From Patescibacteria group bacterium (lineage in GTDB: Bacteria; Patescibacteriota; Patescibacteriia; Magasanikbacterales; GWA2-37-8), in assembly GCA_041649475.1 (NCBI GenBank), contig JBAZNA010000001.1, forward strand, positions 686,594-750,593: DNA of 64,000 bases. The letters run 5' to 3'. Shown here piece after piece: positions 19,023-28,555 of this stretch. Positions within the stretch are counted from its first letter, which is position 1. Each line of letters begins with the position of its first letter. The notes beneath the pieces were generated by a model. It searched no databases and was not told where the DNA came from. It worked only from the letters and a program-made list of their open reading frames with translations. The translations under genes and the position numbers were made by a program.

Positions 19023-20186
19023 TTATTTACCGGCCAAAACCACACTTACATCCAGGGTCTGGCCATTCCTGTAGATCTGAAGCTCAATTGTATCTCCGAC
19101 ATTATGTTGATTAACAACATCTGAAAGCAAATAATTTTCATTTAATTGCTTTCCATCTGCTGTCAATATAATATCACCCGCTTTTATTCCTGCTTGAGCC
19201 GCCGGCGAACCCGGCGCGACTGCCGGCTGGTTCGCTCTATCCCCTTTGATAACCAGCATGCCGTAGCTGTATGGCAAATTCATATTGGTCTGCAGTTCAA
19301 TTGTCACCGGTTCGTATCTGACTCCAATAAACGGGATCTTAAAATCACTTAACTGACCGCCGGAAATCACCTGATCCAAATCGCGTTTCACTAAATTACC
19401 GGGTAAAGCGAATCCAATTCCCGGCGCATCAGCCGTAGCCACATTCATACCAATCACATTGCCGGCAATATCAAGCAACGGTCCGCCGGAATTGCCCGGA
19501 TTAATGGCCGCATCGGTTTGGATAACGCCGTGGAGATCTTCAGTTTGTAAAGGATTGTCACCTTGAGCCGTAACATTTCTCATCAATCCCGAAACCACGC
19601 CTTTACTGACCGAATTATTGAACTGCCCCAAAGCATAGCCGATGGAAATGGCGGTTTGTCCAACCTGAAGATTATCGGAATTGCCAAAGGTTAAAAACGG
19701 CAAACCGCTGATGTTGTCTATCTTCAAAATGGCAATGTCATTGCTGGGATCAGTCGCCACCACACGAGCTTTAACTTCCTGTCCGGCATGGGCGCTGTCA
19801 TTTAAAATCACCGTGTATACTGCGCCGATAGTATCCACAACGTGCTTATTGGTCACAATAAATCCGTCCGCCGAAACCAAAAATCCGCTGCCCGCGCCGA
19901 TTCTTTGCAGGGTCGTGCTGGCGCCAGCGCTCGTCTCTAGACACTGCGCCTGCAGTGATGCCGGAAAATCCAGACCGCACTGCTGAACACTGGAAACATT
20001 TTGCGAAGCCAGAATGCTAACCACTGCCGGGGCGTCTTGCTTGACGACATTTATGGTCTGCGATTCCTCTGTGTTCTGGGTTTGAAGATCCTGGGCCGTA
20101 GAGATATCATAAACCATCAGCGCCAGACCGGCTAAAAGAATAATTACTCCCGCTATTTTTACATTATTTTTTATATCATTTTTCAT
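19023..20186 (-). CDS. htrA: HtrA/DegP-family serine protease with C-terminal PDZ domain
   Basis: N-terminal TM; catalytic motifs TNKHVV, D-x, GNSGGPL; PDZ-like C-terminus. The recurrent ATAAGTATGA motif lies 35 nt upstream of the ATG. Confidence 0.85.
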   Translation of the reverse strand: MKNDIKNNVKIAGVIILLAGLALMVYDISTAQDLQTQNTEESQTINVVKQDAPAVVSILASQNVSSVQQCGLDFPASLQAQCLETSAGASTTLQRIGAGSGFLVSADGFIVTNKHVVDTIGAVYTVILNDSAHAGQEVKARVVATDPSNDIAILKIDNISGLPFLTFGNSDNLQVGQTAISIGYALGQFNNSVSKGVVSGLMRNVTAQGDNPLQTEDLHGVIQTDAAINPGNSGGPLLDIAGNVIGMNVATADAPGIGFALPGNLVKRDLDQVISGGQLSDFKIPFIGVRYEPVTIELQTNMNLPYSYGMLVIKGDRANQPAVAPGSPAAQAGIKAGDIILTADGKQLNENYLLSDVVNQHNVGDTIELQIYRNGQTLDVSVVLAGK

Positions 20187-20261
20187 ATTGGCTGTGTTAG
20201 TAGATGGTTACATAGTAAACTCATACTTATCTACTCTTATCTTTACAGTTAAAAAATAACC

Positions 20262-20296
20262 TGTCAATATTTGATACGTTTGACAGGGTTTTGGGG
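20262..20296 (-). terminator. Rho-independent terminator downstream of tRNA-Gln (stem ccctgtcaa/ttgacagg followed by a T-run on the minus strand)
   Basis: 8-9 bp inverted repeat followed by TTATTTTTTAA on the minus strand. Confidence 0.5.
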
Positions 20297-20297
20297 G

Positions 20298-20368
20298 TGC
20301 AGAATTGTTCCGAGGCCTGGATTCGAACCAGGATAAGGACCTTCAAAGGGTCCCGGCTTGCCGTTGGC
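20298..20368 (-). tRNA. tRNA-Gln (anticodon UUG), CCA not encoded
   Basis: Cloverleaf by eye: 7-bp acceptor TCCGAGG/CCTCGGA, T-arm CCTGG-TTCGAAT-CCAGG, anticodon stem GGACC/GGTCC with loop CUUUGAA. The 3' flank is ACAA, not CCA. Confidence 0.8.
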
Positions 20369-20402
20369 CGACCTCGGAATTTTTAATTTTATGAAGGAAG
20401 TT

Positions 20403-21317
20403 TTATACCTTCAACTGTTTGCGCATAGCCAAACCGCTGGAGACAACCGTTAAAACCAGGACAGCCAGGGTCTGAACGCCAAACAGCATAAGGATATTGG
20501 ATTTGAAGTAATTTGTCAAGAGAAAGCCATTTGGCATCACCTCGGCCAAATACGGATCAAGATATTTCAGTCCCAAAAACACCAAACCAATAGTAAGACC
20601 GACACTTAAAATAGTAAACAAAATCGACTCTATCAGATACGGCCCGCGAATAAACCAATTGCTGGCGCCAACCAATCGCTTGATGCTGATTTCAAACCTT
20701 TGGGTGTTAATGGCCACGCGGATCGTGTTGAAAATGATGAGAAATGAAATCAAAGCAAACATGGCCGTGAGCCCCAAGCCAACTTCTTCAATGCGGGTAA
20801 TAATACTTTGCAGTTTGCTGATTGCCTGTTCGTGTTTGTCAAAACTGGTTGACTCTATAATGTCTTTATATTCAGGCACGTTGAGCGCGCTGATTATTTT
20901 TGTATAATCTCCCGGATCTCTGGTTTTGATAATTAAAGTTGAGCCAAACGGATTGGTGCCAAGCTCGTTTAAAGCGTCCATGACCTCGGTCTGCGCCTGG
21001 TTTTGATCTTTAAAGGTCTGCAACACCTCATCGCTCGACTGAACATCCAAACCCACAACTTCCGGGAATTTTTTCACGTACGTTTGGATTTCGTTCACCT
21101 GCTGGTCTGTGGCTGTGGGCAAAAAATACACGCTCACGTCAATCTGCTGTTTGACCGCGCCAATCGCCTCTTTGGTAATCACATCAATGGACCATAAAGT
21201 ATTTATAGAGAGTAGCATTAGGGTCAGAATAAAAACAGTCATGAACGCCAAAGAAATATTGCGCCCCAAATCCTGAAGTGCGTATTTTATTAACCGAAAA
21301 AAAGAAACAAAAATCAT
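20403..21317 (-). CDS. ftsX: Cell division ABC transporter permease FtsX
   Basis: N-terminal FtsX signature (FRLIKYALQDLGRN...), a periplasmic domain and 4 TM; adjacent to ftsE. Confidence 0.8.
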   Translation of the reverse strand: MIFVSFFRLIKYALQDLGRNISLAFMTVFILTLMLLSINTLWSIDVITKEAIGAVKQQIDVSVYFLPTATDQQVNEIQTYVKKFPEVVGLDVQSSDEVLQTFKDQNQAQTEVMDALNELGTNPFGSTLIIKTRDPGDYTKIISALNVPEYKDIIESTSFDKHEQAISKLQSIITRIEEVGLGLTAMFALISFLIIFNTIRVAINTQRFEISIKRLVGASNWFIRGPYLIESILFTILSVGLTIGLVFLGLKYLDPYLAEVMPNGFLLTNYFKSNILMLFGVQTLAVLVLTVVSSGLAMRKQLKV

Positions 21318-21323
21318 AAAATT

Positions 21324-22004
21324 TTACAAACGATATTTTCCTGATTCTTCGTCATTGATAATTTCGCCGCCGTGCAAAGTGATCACGCGGCGTTTTAAAT
21401 GATTAACGATTTCACGGTTATGCGTGACCAAAATAATGGTGGTGCCGAATTCATTTATTTTTTTAAGTATTTCAACAATTTCGGCGGCGTTAATGGAATC
21501 CAAATTGCCAGTGGGCTCGTCGGCCACAATAATTTTCGGACGGTGCACCAACGAGCGCGCGATGGCTACCCGCTGCTGTTCTCCGCCCGAGAGCTGATTC
21601 GGATAGCTGTCCCCTTTCTCACTTAAACCGACGATATCCAAAACCTGCGGAATGGTTTGGTGGATGCGCTCATATTTTTCTCCGGCCACTTCCAGGGCAA
21701 AGGCCACATTTTCATAAACCGTTCTTTTGCGCAAAAGTTTGAAATCCTGAAAAACCACGCCGATTTGCCGGCGCAAATATGGGACGTTGTTTGAACTGAT
21801 ACTGGAAATGTCCCAGCCGCCGATTTCAATCTTACCGCGCGACGGCCTTTCTTCGGCAATTAATAGTTTCACCAGGGTGGTCTTGCCGGTGCCGCTCTGT
21901 CCGACAATAGACACAAAATCTCCGGCTTCAATGTGGAGATTTATATTGCGTAAAGCGGGCGTGCCGGTGGAATAAATTTTTGTTACTCCGCTGATTTTTA
22001 TCAT
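21324..22004 (-). CDS. ftsE: Cell division ATP-binding protein FtsE
   Basis: Walker [10 protein letters not shown], signature [15 protein letters not shown], Walker [12 protein letters not shown]; about 226 aa. Confidence 0.85.
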   Translation of the reverse strand: MIKISGVTKIYSTGTPALRNINLHIEAGDFVSIVGQSGTGKTTLVKLLIAEERPSRGKIEIGGWDISSISSNNVPYLRRQIGVVFQDFKLLRKRTVYENVAFALEVAGEKYERIHQTIPQVLDIVGLSEKGDSYPNQLSGGEQQRVAIARSLVHRPKIIVADEPTGNLDSINAAEIVEILKKINEFGTTIILVTHNREIVNHLKRRVITLHGGEIINDEESGKYRL

Positions 22005-22034
22005 AGAGCTATTATAGCACAGAAAAAAGCATCG

Positions 22035-22733
22035 CTAAAGGCGACCAGTGGGGATAATTACTAATCTTTCCGCCGGCGGCAAGCCCGGAGTGACTGACTG
22101 CACCGGCTCAAAGCTGTAAGAAACTTTTTTATTAAAACGGTCAAGCTCTTTGGCGATAATATTTTTCAAATCCCCAAAATTTCTTTTGCCGCCTTTGCCG
22201 AAATCAACTTCACCTTCATAGATCGGATAAAAAACCGCCTTTCCACCCGATTTTAAATGCGCCATTGCTGATTTTAAAATCGCGCCGATTTTCTTATCCA
22301 GATTTTTTCCGTCCTCGGCGTCTAGCCACTCACCCGCCCCGCTTTGATTGGTGTTATAAAAACTATAGGGCGTGCTGAAATTTGAAAATATATAATCAAA
22401 TTTCTTTTTTAATTTTAAATTTTCAAATTCGGTCTCTCCTAATTTTTTATTGGCTCCCTGCGCAATGTCTTTCGGGTTGGAAAATTTTCCGGCATCAACG
22501 GAAACGACTTTACAATTTAACTTGAGGCCGCTTTCTTCAAGCTGTCTGATGCCGTCGCCAAAATAGGCAAAGGCGCCGGCGCCGACATCAAGCACGTCTT
22601 TGCCGACCAAATCATCCAAAGACAAACCCGCGTTATGCAAATAGGAGTCAAGCCCCTTTTTTCGGGCTTGGCGCAATTTGATCAAATTGGCGTCAATAAA
22701 ATCAGGCGGATAATATTCGCGCGCGAGAACCAT
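22035..22733 (-). CDS. Class I SAM-dependent methyltransferase-like protein
   Basis: Motif I VLDVGAGAFAYFGDG; remainder uncharacterised. Confidence 0.4.
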   Translation of the reverse strand: MVLAREYYPPDFIDANLIKLRQARKKGLDSYLHNAGLSLDDLVGKDVLDVGAGAFAYFGDGIRQLEESGLKLNCKVVSVDAGKFSNPKDIAQGANKKLGETEFENLKLKKKFDYIFSNFSTPYSFYNTNQSGAGEWLDAEDGKNLDKKIGAILKSAMAHLKSGGKAVFYPIYEGEVDFGKGGKRNFGDLKNIIAKELDRFNKKVSYSFEPVQSVTPGLPPAERLVIIPTGRL

Positions 22734-22745
22734 ATTTGTTCTAAC

Positions 22746-23042
22746 TTATTTTACGACCGGCCCTGAACTTGAACCCGATACCACCGGGCTCTTGGCGCTC
22801 TTGCTGAAGACAAAGATGTATAAAATTTCCAAGATGCCCAAGGTGTTGAAGATTAACAGAATTACAAACCAGGCCTTACTGCCTTTGCGAGCGGCAATCC
22901 ACAGCGCCCAGGCCTTCCAGATAAGAGACCAAACAACCAAGGCGATCATTACAAAAACAAAAATTCCGGCGTAGGCCGCGAACCACTGCGTGTCTCCGGA
23001 GGCGGCTGCCTGCGATTGTATCAGATAATTTGAGATAGGCAT
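22746..23042 (-). CDS. Small membrane protein (98 aa)
   Basis: Two or three predicted TM helices; no domain recognised. Confidence 0.3.
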   Translation of the reverse strand: MPISNYLIQSQAAASGDTQWFAAYAGIFVFVMIALVVWSLIWKAWALWIAARKGSKAWFVILLIFNTLGILEILYIFVFSKSAKSPVVSGSSSGPVVK

Positions 23043-23053
23043 AAAAATAATTA

Positions 23054-23428
23054 TTAAATAGTTTCATTTCCGGTTGGCGTTGCTGACGCTCCGCCTTTTT
23101 TAACCTGAAGTAGCGGCACAAAAATCACTATCGCGTAACCCAGCCACATTACCCAATTGGAAAATATTGCCGGATTAAACCGCATGGTCACGATAAGATC
23201 CAAAATTATTGAACAAACCGCCCAAGTAACACCATATCCCACAGCCATGCCCGAGGTCGTCGGTTTCACCTTGCCGGCCATGATATAGACGATAATACCG
23301 CCGATTATGGCGATTAGTATTTCCATCCATGTGCTGCCGTAGATGTTAAAGCCGATAAACACGGATACGATTACAAACATCAGTACCCAGATAAAAACCC
23401 CGTATCCAATTGCTTTTCCCCATTGCAT
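23054..23428 (-). CDS. Membrane protein (124 aa, 4 TM)
   Basis: Hydrophobic helices throughout. Confidence 0.35.
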   Translation of the reverse strand: MQWGKAIGYGVFIWVLMFVIVSVFIGFNIYGSTWMEILIAIIGGIIVYIMAGKVKPTTSGMAVGYGVTWAVCSIILDLIVTMRFNPAIFSNWVMWLGYAIVIFVPLLQVKKGGASATPTGNETI

Positions 23429-23482
23429 AAGTTCACCCCCTCTCCATTAATATGTCTATATTTTACCCTTATGGCAGGGTTT

Positions 23483-24352
23483 TTACAAGATCATGCTTTC
23501 TCTGTCGTTTTCAGCCGATTTCAGGATATAAACATCGCTTTTTCCGTAGGCATCCTCGCCCACAAACTCCGCCTCTTTGTCTATAATCGCCTGCAGGGGT
23601 TTGCAAGCCGGACAGCCGTCGTCGCCGTTCGGGCATTTAAACCGGTTCAGTTGTCTGGCCAGTTTCATCTGTTTGGCGATTTCCAAAATTTTGTTTTGCG
23701 CTTCGTTTAGGTCGGGCAGGGTTTTTTCGGTTAAATTATCGCTGGAAAATAAGTACCAATAACTGGCTTTGGTCACTTTTCGCTTCTGGCAATTGTGCAC
23801 GAGCAAATGGTAAATCGGCAGTTGTAAAGAGTCGGTCTCTTCCTCGTTGCGCCCGGTTTTAAAATCAATAATGTGAACGCTGTCGGTGTCGGGCAAATAT
23901 TCCAGCCAGTCAATTTTCCCGCACAAAATAATATTTTCTTCTTCAGAAAGCCAATACGACGGCAGATCCTGCTGGATTTTTACGGAAAGCGTGGCGAGCG
24001 GGCCCGGACTCCTCATCACCCGGCGAAGCATTTCCTCTCCGCGCTGTTTATAAACATATTCAACCTCGTCGCTTTGGAAGCCGCCTTTTTTGCCGCGAAT
24101 TTTTTCCCAAGCCGTGTCCAGCTTTTCTATTAGCGACTTTGCGAAGCGCTGTTCAGTCGGCAAAACCGATAATGATTCCAAAACCTCATGCACGGCCTGG
24201 CCCAGCGCCAGCGCCGGAGCCATTATTTTTATTTTATGTTTTGTCACCGGATCTTTATAAACATTTTTCAAATAATACGCTTTCGGACAGCGCAAAAAAT
24301 CACTGATTGAAGTGTGTGAAACCCAAACTGCGGTGTATCTGTCCGGAGGCAT
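23483..24352 (-). CDS. PD-(D/E)XK nuclease with Fe-S cluster cysteines (Cas4-like/RecB-family)
   Basis: N-terminal Cys (CPKAYY) plus C-terminal CPNGDDGCPAC cluster. Core motif GKIDWLE...HIIDFKTGR (D...D/E-x-K). No CRISPR array in the window. Confidence 0.55.
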   Translation of the reverse strand: MPPDRYTAVWVSHTSISDFLRCPKAYYLKNVYKDPVTKHKIKIMAPALALGQAVHEVLESLSVLPTEQRFAKSLIEKLDTAWEKIRGKKGGFQSDEVEYVYKQRGEEMLRRVMRSPGPLATLSVKIQQDLPSYWLSEEENIILCGKIDWLEYLPDTDSVHIIDFKTGRNEEETDSLQLPIYHLLVHNCQKRKVTKASYWYLFSSDNLTEKTLPDLNEAQNKILEIAKQMKLARQLNRFKCPNGDDGCPACKPLQAIIDKEAEFVGEDAYGKSDVYILKSAENDRESMIL

Positions 24353-24358
24353 AGTTAT

Positions 24359-24733
24359 TTACGCGTAGGCAGTGCCTGCGTCTTTAATACTTAATGATTC
24401 AAAATAATAAATAAACTTCAGATTGTCTACATTAACACCGTATTTTATCACCAAACTCTTTGGCTCGCCGTTGATTACGGGATTAGCGAACAAATGCTGC
24501 TCGCGCAAGTCCGCGTTTTCCGGCGCATTGTCAATAATCGCAAAATCAAACAACTCATCAACAATTACGCCGGTAAATATTTCCTCAATCTCTTCCACAG
24601 AATCGCTGGTATCAAAATCAAACGGCTGATTTTTTTTAGTAAAAAGTTCTTTGAGCCGAGATTGCAAACCGTCTTTAATAGTTTTTAAAGCGCTTTCTAT
24701 CGCCGCTTCATGCGCTTTTTCGTTTTCGGACAT
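24359..24733 (-). CDS. Hypothetical acidic protein (124 aa)
   Basis: ORF with 6-nt spacing to the nuclease gene; no domain recognised. Confidence 0.35.
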   Translation of the reverse strand: MSENEKAHEAAIESALKTIKDGLQSRLKELFTKKNQPFDFDTSDSVEEIEEIFTGVIVDELFDFAIIDNAPENADLREQHLFANPVINGEPKSLVIKYGVNVDNLKFIYYFESLSIKDAGTAYA

Positions 24734-24739
24734 ATATAT

Positions 24740-25201
24740 TTATTTCTTCATCATTAGTTCTCTGAGCAAATTCGCGTCTTCTTTGCCCAGATATAATAAC
24801 CCATCTGGGTGCAACTCATTTTTATCACCAACTTGAGATAGTGAAGCTGTCCAAATACTTATCCGTGCAAGTTTAAACAAACCCATCAAAGGGCCACTGA
24901 TAGTTTTTATATCTTGGATTTTATCAAATGCTATAGATTTAGATTTTTTTATAAACATGCCCCAATTTATAGTTAAACTTCCCTGATCAAGAAAGAAGGA
25001 AGTAAATTGGAAATCGATAAAAAATCTGATAAAAACAGGGGCCCCAATAATAACCAGTAGAACCACAAAAAATCCGACCCAATACTTCGAAGCAAATAAT
25101 AAGATTGGTACAGTTACTAAAAATAACAACAGAGCTATCTTGACCGCAGCGTACAAAAGCAAAGAGTTTGACATTTTATACGTTTTTTTAAAGTCGTACA
25201 T
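24740..25201 (-). CDS. Membrane protein with bacterial PH (bPH_2/YdbS-like) domain
   Basis: Two N-terminal TM helices then a PH-like region (FIKKSKSIAFDKIQDIKTISGPLMGLF). Confidence 0.45.
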   Translation of the reverse strand: MYDFKKTYKMSNSLLLYAAVKIALLLFLVTVPILLFASKYWVGFFVVLLVIIGAPVFIRFFIDFQFTSFFLDQGSLTINWGMFIKKSKSIAFDKIQDIKTISGPLMGLFKLARISIWTASLSQVGDKNELHPDGLLYLGKEDANLLRELMMKK

Positions 25202-25213
25202 AATATAAATTAG

Positions 25214-25660
25214 TTATCTAAATTTCTTTAATGCGTTTGGTAGGCCCCAAATAACCAAAGCAATGCCGCCGAAGACAACTGATAGCCCCGGGAAGATGCT
25301 AGAAGCGTAGAGTTTCCAGCCCTGCCATTCCATGGAGATCAGCCAATCGCCTTTGATGCCGGAATACACCAAACCGACGCCGGCATACAAAAAGCCTGCT
25401 GCCAGCAGGCAGAAAAGGACGATGACGATGAGTTTAAAAGTGTTGTCGGTGGATGATTGGGGGAGGGTGGGCATATAGGATGGGTTTAAAATTAAGGATA
25501 AAAATAAAATATACGGCAAGAATATCTTACCATAATACACTAATGTTGAGCAATAAAAAAATTTTGCTCGAGGTGGTGGAGTAAGTACGAACCTGTATTG
25601 ACCAAGGTAAATATTCAACTTTTTTTTAAACGCCGCAAATAGTTTTAGCGAGGTGGTCAA
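25214..25660 (-). CDS. Membrane protein (148 aa)
   Basis: Multiple TM helices; no domain recognised. Confidence 0.35.
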   Translation of the reverse strand: MTTSLKLFAAFKKKLNIYLGQYRFVLTPPPRAKFFYCSTLVYYGKIFLPYILFLSLILNPSYMPTLPQSSTDNTFKLIVIVLFCLLAAGFLYAGVGLVYSGIKGDWLISMEWQGWKLYASSIFPGLSVVFGGIALVIWGLPNALKKFR

Positions 25661-26144
25661 TTATCAATAACCAATTAAGTTTGATTAGTAACAATAAAAT
25701 TCCAAATAATATTATGAATCCTATTATAAAAAACCAATTAAATCTATAATTTTGCTTATTTTCTCGATCGTTTTTTTTCACCTGACTTTTATAAAAAATA
25801 AATAGTAACATCAAAAATAAGAGGTAACCGCCATACTTTTTTAAATTATTCATCTGCCCAAAGGCGCTTATAACAACATAGCCAATTAAGCTAAGCAAGA
25901 CAATTGTAAACGGTAACTTTTCCTCTAGTTTTTCGAAGATACCATTCCAGTAGCGTGTACCCCATGGATCGCCTGTCGGTCCGCCCATATCTGGTTTCCC
26001 CTCTGAAGATGTCCCTGCTTGTGCTAAAATACCACCGGAGCTTTCTTCTTGTGGAACTATACCCTTAAAACCACTTTCGCTAATATCAATGCCAGTACCA
26101 CGTTTTTCATCCTCATTGATTCTGTTTGCCGTTCCGTTATTCAT
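25626..26144 (-). CDS. Membrane protein with Gly/Ser-rich N-terminal region (172 aa)
   Basis: G/S/P-rich N-terminus followed by 3 TM. Overlaps ORF 26137..26859 by 8 nt. Confidence 0.35.
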   Translation of the reverse strand: MNNGTANRINEDEKRGTGIDISESGFKGIVPQEESSGGILAQAGTSSEGKPDMGGPTGDPWGTRYWNGIFEKLEEKLPFTIVLLSLIGYVVISAFGQMNNLKKYGGYLLFLMLLFIFYKSQVKKNDRENKQNYRFNWFFIIGFIILFGILLLLIKLNWLLIIDHLAKTICGV

Positions 26145-26859
26145 ATAAATACTTCAAAAAGCCACCATGTATGTGTTCGATCGAATCTATATTGTCTTTG
26201 CATAAGCTTTCCAAATCTTGTAAATTGGTGGTCAACTCTTTATTTTGAAAAAAATCTATTTCGCAGTACGTGCCGCATTCTTTTTTATACTTATCTGCAT
26301 ACACCTGTTTTTTACTAAAAAATCTATTTATCGCTTCTTCGGTTGTTACCGGTCCCATTAGTATATTAAATTTTCCACCATCATATTCGCAGTCGTTAAA
26401 AGAAAAACCGAAATCAATCAGTTTAGCACCTGTGTTTTTTTCGAATGATTCATAATTTTTAAACATTTTGTTTTTAAATGCCGTTTTTAGATTATCCAAG
26501 TTATCTGCGCTATTAAAATTCAATATTGAACTTTTTGTGCCGACACGAATTAAAGTATTGATCGGATATTTATCAAAGGTTTTTATAATTTTAAATAATT
26601 TTTCTGTTTTGTTTTTAAACTCGCCAAAGTCCAATGAGCCATCAATTTGTAAACCGAAATTTTCAATACTAAAAAAAATAAATTCAGTTAAATCTTCATT
26701 TGCGACGTCTATCCTAGCGTCCATTATTTTTATTTTAGTGAAATCCTTATTTTTAGCTATAATAGCATCTGTCAATTGCCCTTTTAAATCCAAGAAAGAG
26801 AACTTCCTAAATTTTAAACGAATCTCTAGGGTATGTTTAATTATTTTAGTATCTGCCAT
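26137..26859 (-). CDS. Hypothetical cytoplasmic protein (240 aa) adjacent to R-M system
   Basis: AT-rich, N/K/F-rich composition; no domain recognised. Contiguous with the R-M genes. Confidence 0.4.
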   Translation of the reverse strand: MADTKIIKHTLEIRLKFRKFSFLDLKGQLTDAIIAKNKDFTKIKIMDARIDVANEDLTEFIFFSIENFGLQIDGSLDFGEFKNKTEKLFKIIKTFDKYPINTLIRVGTKSSILNFNSADNLDNLKTAFKNKMFKNYESFEKNTGAKLIDFGFSFNDCEYDGGKFNILMGPVTTEEAINRFFSKKQVYADKYKKECGTYCEIDFFQNKELTTNLQDLESLCKDNIDSIEHIHGGFLKYLYE

Positions 26860-26884
26860 ATAAATTAGATTAACAAATTATTTA

Positions 26885-27691
26885 TCACAATATAATAGTT
26901 ACTTTTTCATAAAGTTTTGGTAAACAATTTTGTCTCATTCTAAATTTAGTACCATGATTGTGGCCACTTCTTGCATCAAAATCCACCAAAATGTCCCCGT
27001 CTTCCAACGCTTTTAAAAAGCCTTCAAAGCTGAATTTTTGCAACATCATCACTTTAGAATAGTGATAATATTCTTTTTTGCGTTCTATTTTAACATCCGC
27101 TTGTACATAAAAGCAGTTTAGTAATTTTGTTCCGGCTTTATGTTCAAGATCATCAAAACCCCAGTATGGTTGCGGATCTAATTCACCCAAACCAACACGC
27201 TTTTTAACTGATTGCAGCCATACCTTGTGTCTTGGGTCAACACTTTTTGCTTCAAAAGAAATCAATATCTTTTTTTCTCGTCGGTCAATGACTACCATAA
27301 AACCACGGTCGCTTCGTGATTTGCCATGAATAGTTTGTCTAAAACTCATTTCGTTTTTAGGATATAATTTGTCGGCCTCATCATGAGCCCAGCCGTATTT
27401 TGGTAATAATACCTGTGGCACAAAACGAACTGCGCGTGGTGATGGTTCAGTGTGAAAAAGCGTTGTAAGCGATGTTGAATTTAATCGCTGCGCTTTTAAT
27501 TCCCATTCGGCCGCATTCGGAATTGGTAAATTATTTTCTTTAATGCCTAGCAGGTCTTCTAGCGTATTACCAATTCCGCCATGGTTACCTTTGCGGGCAT
27601 TTGGTATCCAACCCATCCCAGCTATTCGTTTAAATTCCTCAATCAAAATTGGTTTAGTAAAAAGATTTAATGTTTGTTTTGCACGTGGCAT
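26885..27691 (-). CDS. Putative Type II restriction endonuclease (PD-(D/E)XK; MvaI/BcnI-like by context)
   Basis: 268 aa immediately downstream of an m4C/m6A beta-class MTase with a 2-nt gap. Candidate PD-(D/E)XK core VVIDRREKKILISFEAKS. The family assignment is inferred, not verified. Confidence 0.5.
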   Translation of the reverse strand: MPRAKQTLNLFTKPILIEEFKRIAGMGWIPNARKGNHGGIGNTLEDLLGIKENNLPIPNAAEWELKAQRLNSTSLTTLFHTEPSPRAVRFVPQVLLPKYGWAHDEADKLYPKNEMSFRQTIHGKSRSDRGFMVVIDRREKKILISFEAKSVDPRHKVWLQSVKKRVGLGELDPQPYWGFDDLEHKAGTKLLNCFYVQADVKIERKKEYYHYSKVMMLQKFSFEGFLKALEDGDILVDFDARSGHNHGTKFRMRQNCLPKLYEKVTIIL

Positions 27692-27693
27692 AT

Positions 27694-28467
27694 TTAGAAG
27701 TTTAATTTTATTTGGGATTTATGTTTTTTTATACGTTCTTTTGCCATAGCACAATATTGTGGTGATATATCAATTCCGATGTAATTTCTGTTAAAGTTTA
27801 TAGCGGATATTGCGGTTGTGCCCGAACCCATAAAAGGGTCCAAAATAACTTTTGCACTGGTAGATGTGACAATTCTGTCAATCAAATCAACTGGAAAAGC
27901 GGCGGGGTGTTCATTTTTCATCTCTTGGGTAAATTCCCATACATCGCCGTACCCATTCGCTTTGGGCACTAACTTAAATTTTGGTTTAGCAATTAAATAA
28001 ATCACTTCATATGTTGGCACAAAATAACCAGCATTAAAATTAAAACCACCTTTCCGTCTCCAAATGATTATTTGCCGAACTGGAAAACCGGAAATAATAT
28101 CTTGTCTGTCCTGTAATTTTCCGGCTTGTACTCGCCATTTGTGATTATAAAAAATTGCACCGTCTTCCGGGATGATCCTCATCATCTCATTTAGGCAATC
28201 TCGCTGCCACTTAACATAATCTTCATGTGGCATGCAATCATTGTGATGACTATATCCTTTTTGTAGGGCCGCATTTGCCCATTTGCCACCTCGCCCGTCT
28301 TTCATGCCATTACCAGTTGAATTTTTTAAATTATACGGGGGCGATGTTACAACTAAATCAACACTTCCGTCAGGAATTTGCTTTAGTATCTGAACAGTGT
28401 CGCCACAAATAATTTTATTAACAAAACTATCGAGTTGCTTCATAAACCCTATATTATAAACTAGCAA
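27694..28467 (-). CDS. DNA methyltransferase, beta-class (N4-cytosine or N6-adenine), SPPY type
   Basis: Motif IV TSPPY precedes the C-terminal motif I DPFMGSGTT. This is the permuted beta-class order typical of m4C MTases such as M.MvaI/M.BcnI. Confidence 0.8.
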   Translation of the reverse strand: MLVYNIGFMKQLDSFVNKIICGDTVQILKQIPDGSVDLVVTSPPYNLKNSTGNGMKDGRGGKWANAALQKGYSHHNDCMPHEDYVKWQRDCLNEMMRIIPEDGAIFYNHKWRVQAGKLQDRQDIISGFPVRQIIIWRRKGGFNFNAGYFVPTYEVIYLIAKPKFKLVPKANGYGDVWEFTQEMKNEHPAAFPVDLIDRIVTSTSAKVILDPFMGSGTTAISAINFNRNYIGIDISPQYCAMAKERIKKHKSQIKLNF

Positions 28468-28508
28468 GTATATTTTACCCTTTTTCTTTTGAGTTTACAA
28501 ACACAAAA

Positions 28509-28531
28509 CTCACCCCTTTGCAAGGGGTGAG
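28509..28531 (-). terminator. Rho-independent terminator of HNH gene (hairpin ctcaccccttTGCAaggggtgag)
   Basis: Perfect 10-bp stem with 4-nt loop, followed on the minus strand by TTTTGTGTTTG. Confidence 0.55.
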
Positions 28532-28555
28532 TAGTAATTTGAAAAAACGTTCCAT

